A program made the position numbers and the translations under genes. A stretch of DNA of 56,319 nucleotides. Source: a bacterium (GTDB taxonomy: Bacteria; Methylomirabilota; Methylomirabilia; CAVQYV01). The notes beneath the pieces were generated by a model, which saw only the letters and a program-made list of their open reading frames with translations, was not told where the DNA came from and did no database searches. The stretch is from assembly GCA_043800755.1 (NCBI GenBank), contig JAZDMQ010000076.1, positions 1 through 56,319 on the forward strand, read 5' to 3'. The first letter of the stretch is position 1, and each line of letters opens with the position of its first letter. This document shows, in pieces, positions 55,078-56,319 of this stretch.

Positions 55078-56319
55078 TCAAACACTGATCCTCTTCATCT
55101 CCCATTTGGTGGTCATCCAGTCGAGGATGGTCTTGGTTCCGATCAGGGCGGTAAAAAGGTTGATCAGGATGCCCAGACTGAGGGAAACCGCGAAGCCCTT
55201 GATCGGTCCCGTCCCGAACTGGAAGAGGACCACGGCGGTGATCAGGGTGGTGACATGCGAGTCGACGATCGTAAGGAAGGCCTTGGTGTAGCCGCTATCG
55301 ACGGCCGAGCGCCCTGTCTTGCCCAGGCGCATTTCCTCCCTGATCCGCTCGAACATCAAGACATTGGTGTCCACGGCCATCCCAATGGTGAGGGCGATGC
55401 CCGCGATCCCGGGCAGGGTGAGGGTCGCTCGAAACCAGGTGAGGGCCCCCATCAACATGATTATGTTCAAAAGGAGGGCGAAATCGGCTACCACCCCTGA
55501 GACGCGGTAATAGAAGACCATGAACAGGACCACCAATGCGGCCCCCACCAAGGTGGCCCGGAGGCCCTTCTGAATCGAGTCTTGGCCCAAAGAAGGTCCC
55601 ACGGTCACATTGGCAAGGATGTGAACCGGTGCCGGAAGGGCACCCGCCCGCAACACGATGGCCAGATCCCGGGCCTCATCCATCGAGAAACGACCGGTAA
55701 TCTGGGCCTTGCCGTTGGGGATCTTCTCGTTGATGCGAGGGGCGGAGTAGATGGTATTGTCCAGGATGATAGCCAGCCGACGCCCCACATTGGCCCCGGT
55801 GATCTGGGAGAAGATGCTCGCCCCCACCCGATCGAACTCGAGAGAGACATTGGGTTCGTTCATCTCACTTCCGATCTGCACCTCCGCCGTGGTGATCGTG
55901 TCGCCGGTGAGGAGGGCCTTCTTCTGCAAGAGGAAGGGGGGCTTGCTGACATTCCCCTTGGAGTCGGTGGTCTTCTGGTACAAGACCTCGGTGTCGGGCG
56001 GGGGATTGCCCGCCATGGCCGCCTCCATCACCTTCGCATCCTCCGTGCGCCCGTCCACCAGTTTGAATTCCAAAAGGGCGGTCTTCCCGATCAGCTCCAC
56101 CGCCCGCTGGGGCTCCTTGATGCCGGGGAGCTGCACCACAATCCGCCGCTCCCCCTCCGGAACGATCTGGGGCTCGCTCACCCCGAACTGGTCCACTCGA
56201 TTGCGAATCGTCTCCAGGCATTGACGAACGGCGTACTCCTGGAGGCGTTTCACTTCTTTCGGCTTTAAGGAGAGGAGCATCTCCGAAGGATCCCCGGTGG
56301 GCGATGCGTCCAGCACTCC
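55078..56319 (-). CDS. secD: Protein translocase subunit SecD, 5' end outside the window
   Basis: RNRVDQFGVSEP, AIILD, LRAGALPAP, VGPSLG, GMAVD, FERIREE. Confidence 0.98.
   Translation of the reverse strand, partial: GVLDASPTGDPSEMLLSLKPKEVKRLQEYAVRQCLETIRNRVDQFGVSEPQIVPEGERRIVVQLPGIKEPQRAVELIGKTALLEFKLVDGRTEDAKVMEAAMAGNPPPDTEVLYQKTTDSKGNVSKPPFLLQKKALLTGDTITTAEVQIGSEMNEPNVSLEFDRVGASIFSQITGANVGRRLAIILDNTIYSAPRINEKIPNGKAQITGRFSMDEARDLAIVLRAGALPAPVHILANVTVGPSLGQDSIQKGLRATLVGAALVVLFMVFYYRVSGVVADFALLLNIIMLMGALTWFRATLTLPGIAGIALTIGMAVDTNVLMFERIREEMRLGKTGRSAVDSGYTKAFLTIVDSHVTTLITAVVLFQFGTGPIKGFAVSLSLGILINLFTALIGTKTILDWMTTKWEMKRISV

Overview
GC-rich bacterial core-chromosome window. Every supportable gene (about 50) lies on the minus strand. 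In transcription order (high to low coordinate): secD(partial)-secF-recJ; a stand-alone secreted tandem cyclase/kynurenine-formamidase-family gene; a J-domain protein, an unannotated 51-aa basic ORF and gmhA; a cpoB-dac-tsaP(LysM) envelope operon; dprA-topA-trmFO-xerC-hslVU-argBDFGH; an Fn3 lipoprotein; lysA-dapF-dapA-dapB-[DRE-TIM enzyme]-[FAH family]-dapL-folB-folK-panC; a complete dcw cluster (mraZ to ftsZ); a radical SAM gene and pgeF (partial). The envelope genes indicate a diderm organism. The gene order resembles Desulfobacterota/Myxococcota-like lineages (inference, not established here). No rRNA, tRNA, CRISPR array, transposase or prophage was seen. Best leads: (1) a 109-bp non-coding element with IS200/IS605-type paired ends that supplies the last codons and stop of argH; (2) a secreted two-domain cyclase-family hydrolase; (3) a LeuA-like DRE-TIM enzyme lacking the conserved GIH histidine, inside the DAP lysine cluster; (4) an LptM/LppL-like lipopeptide fused to three Fn3 domains; (5) a 51-aa highly basic ORF missed by the ORF track; (6) HslV with an obligatory 27-aa propeptide; (7) structured leaders before panC and folK, and a near-leaderless dprA promoter. 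Gene calls rest on motif recognition by eye; no searches were run.
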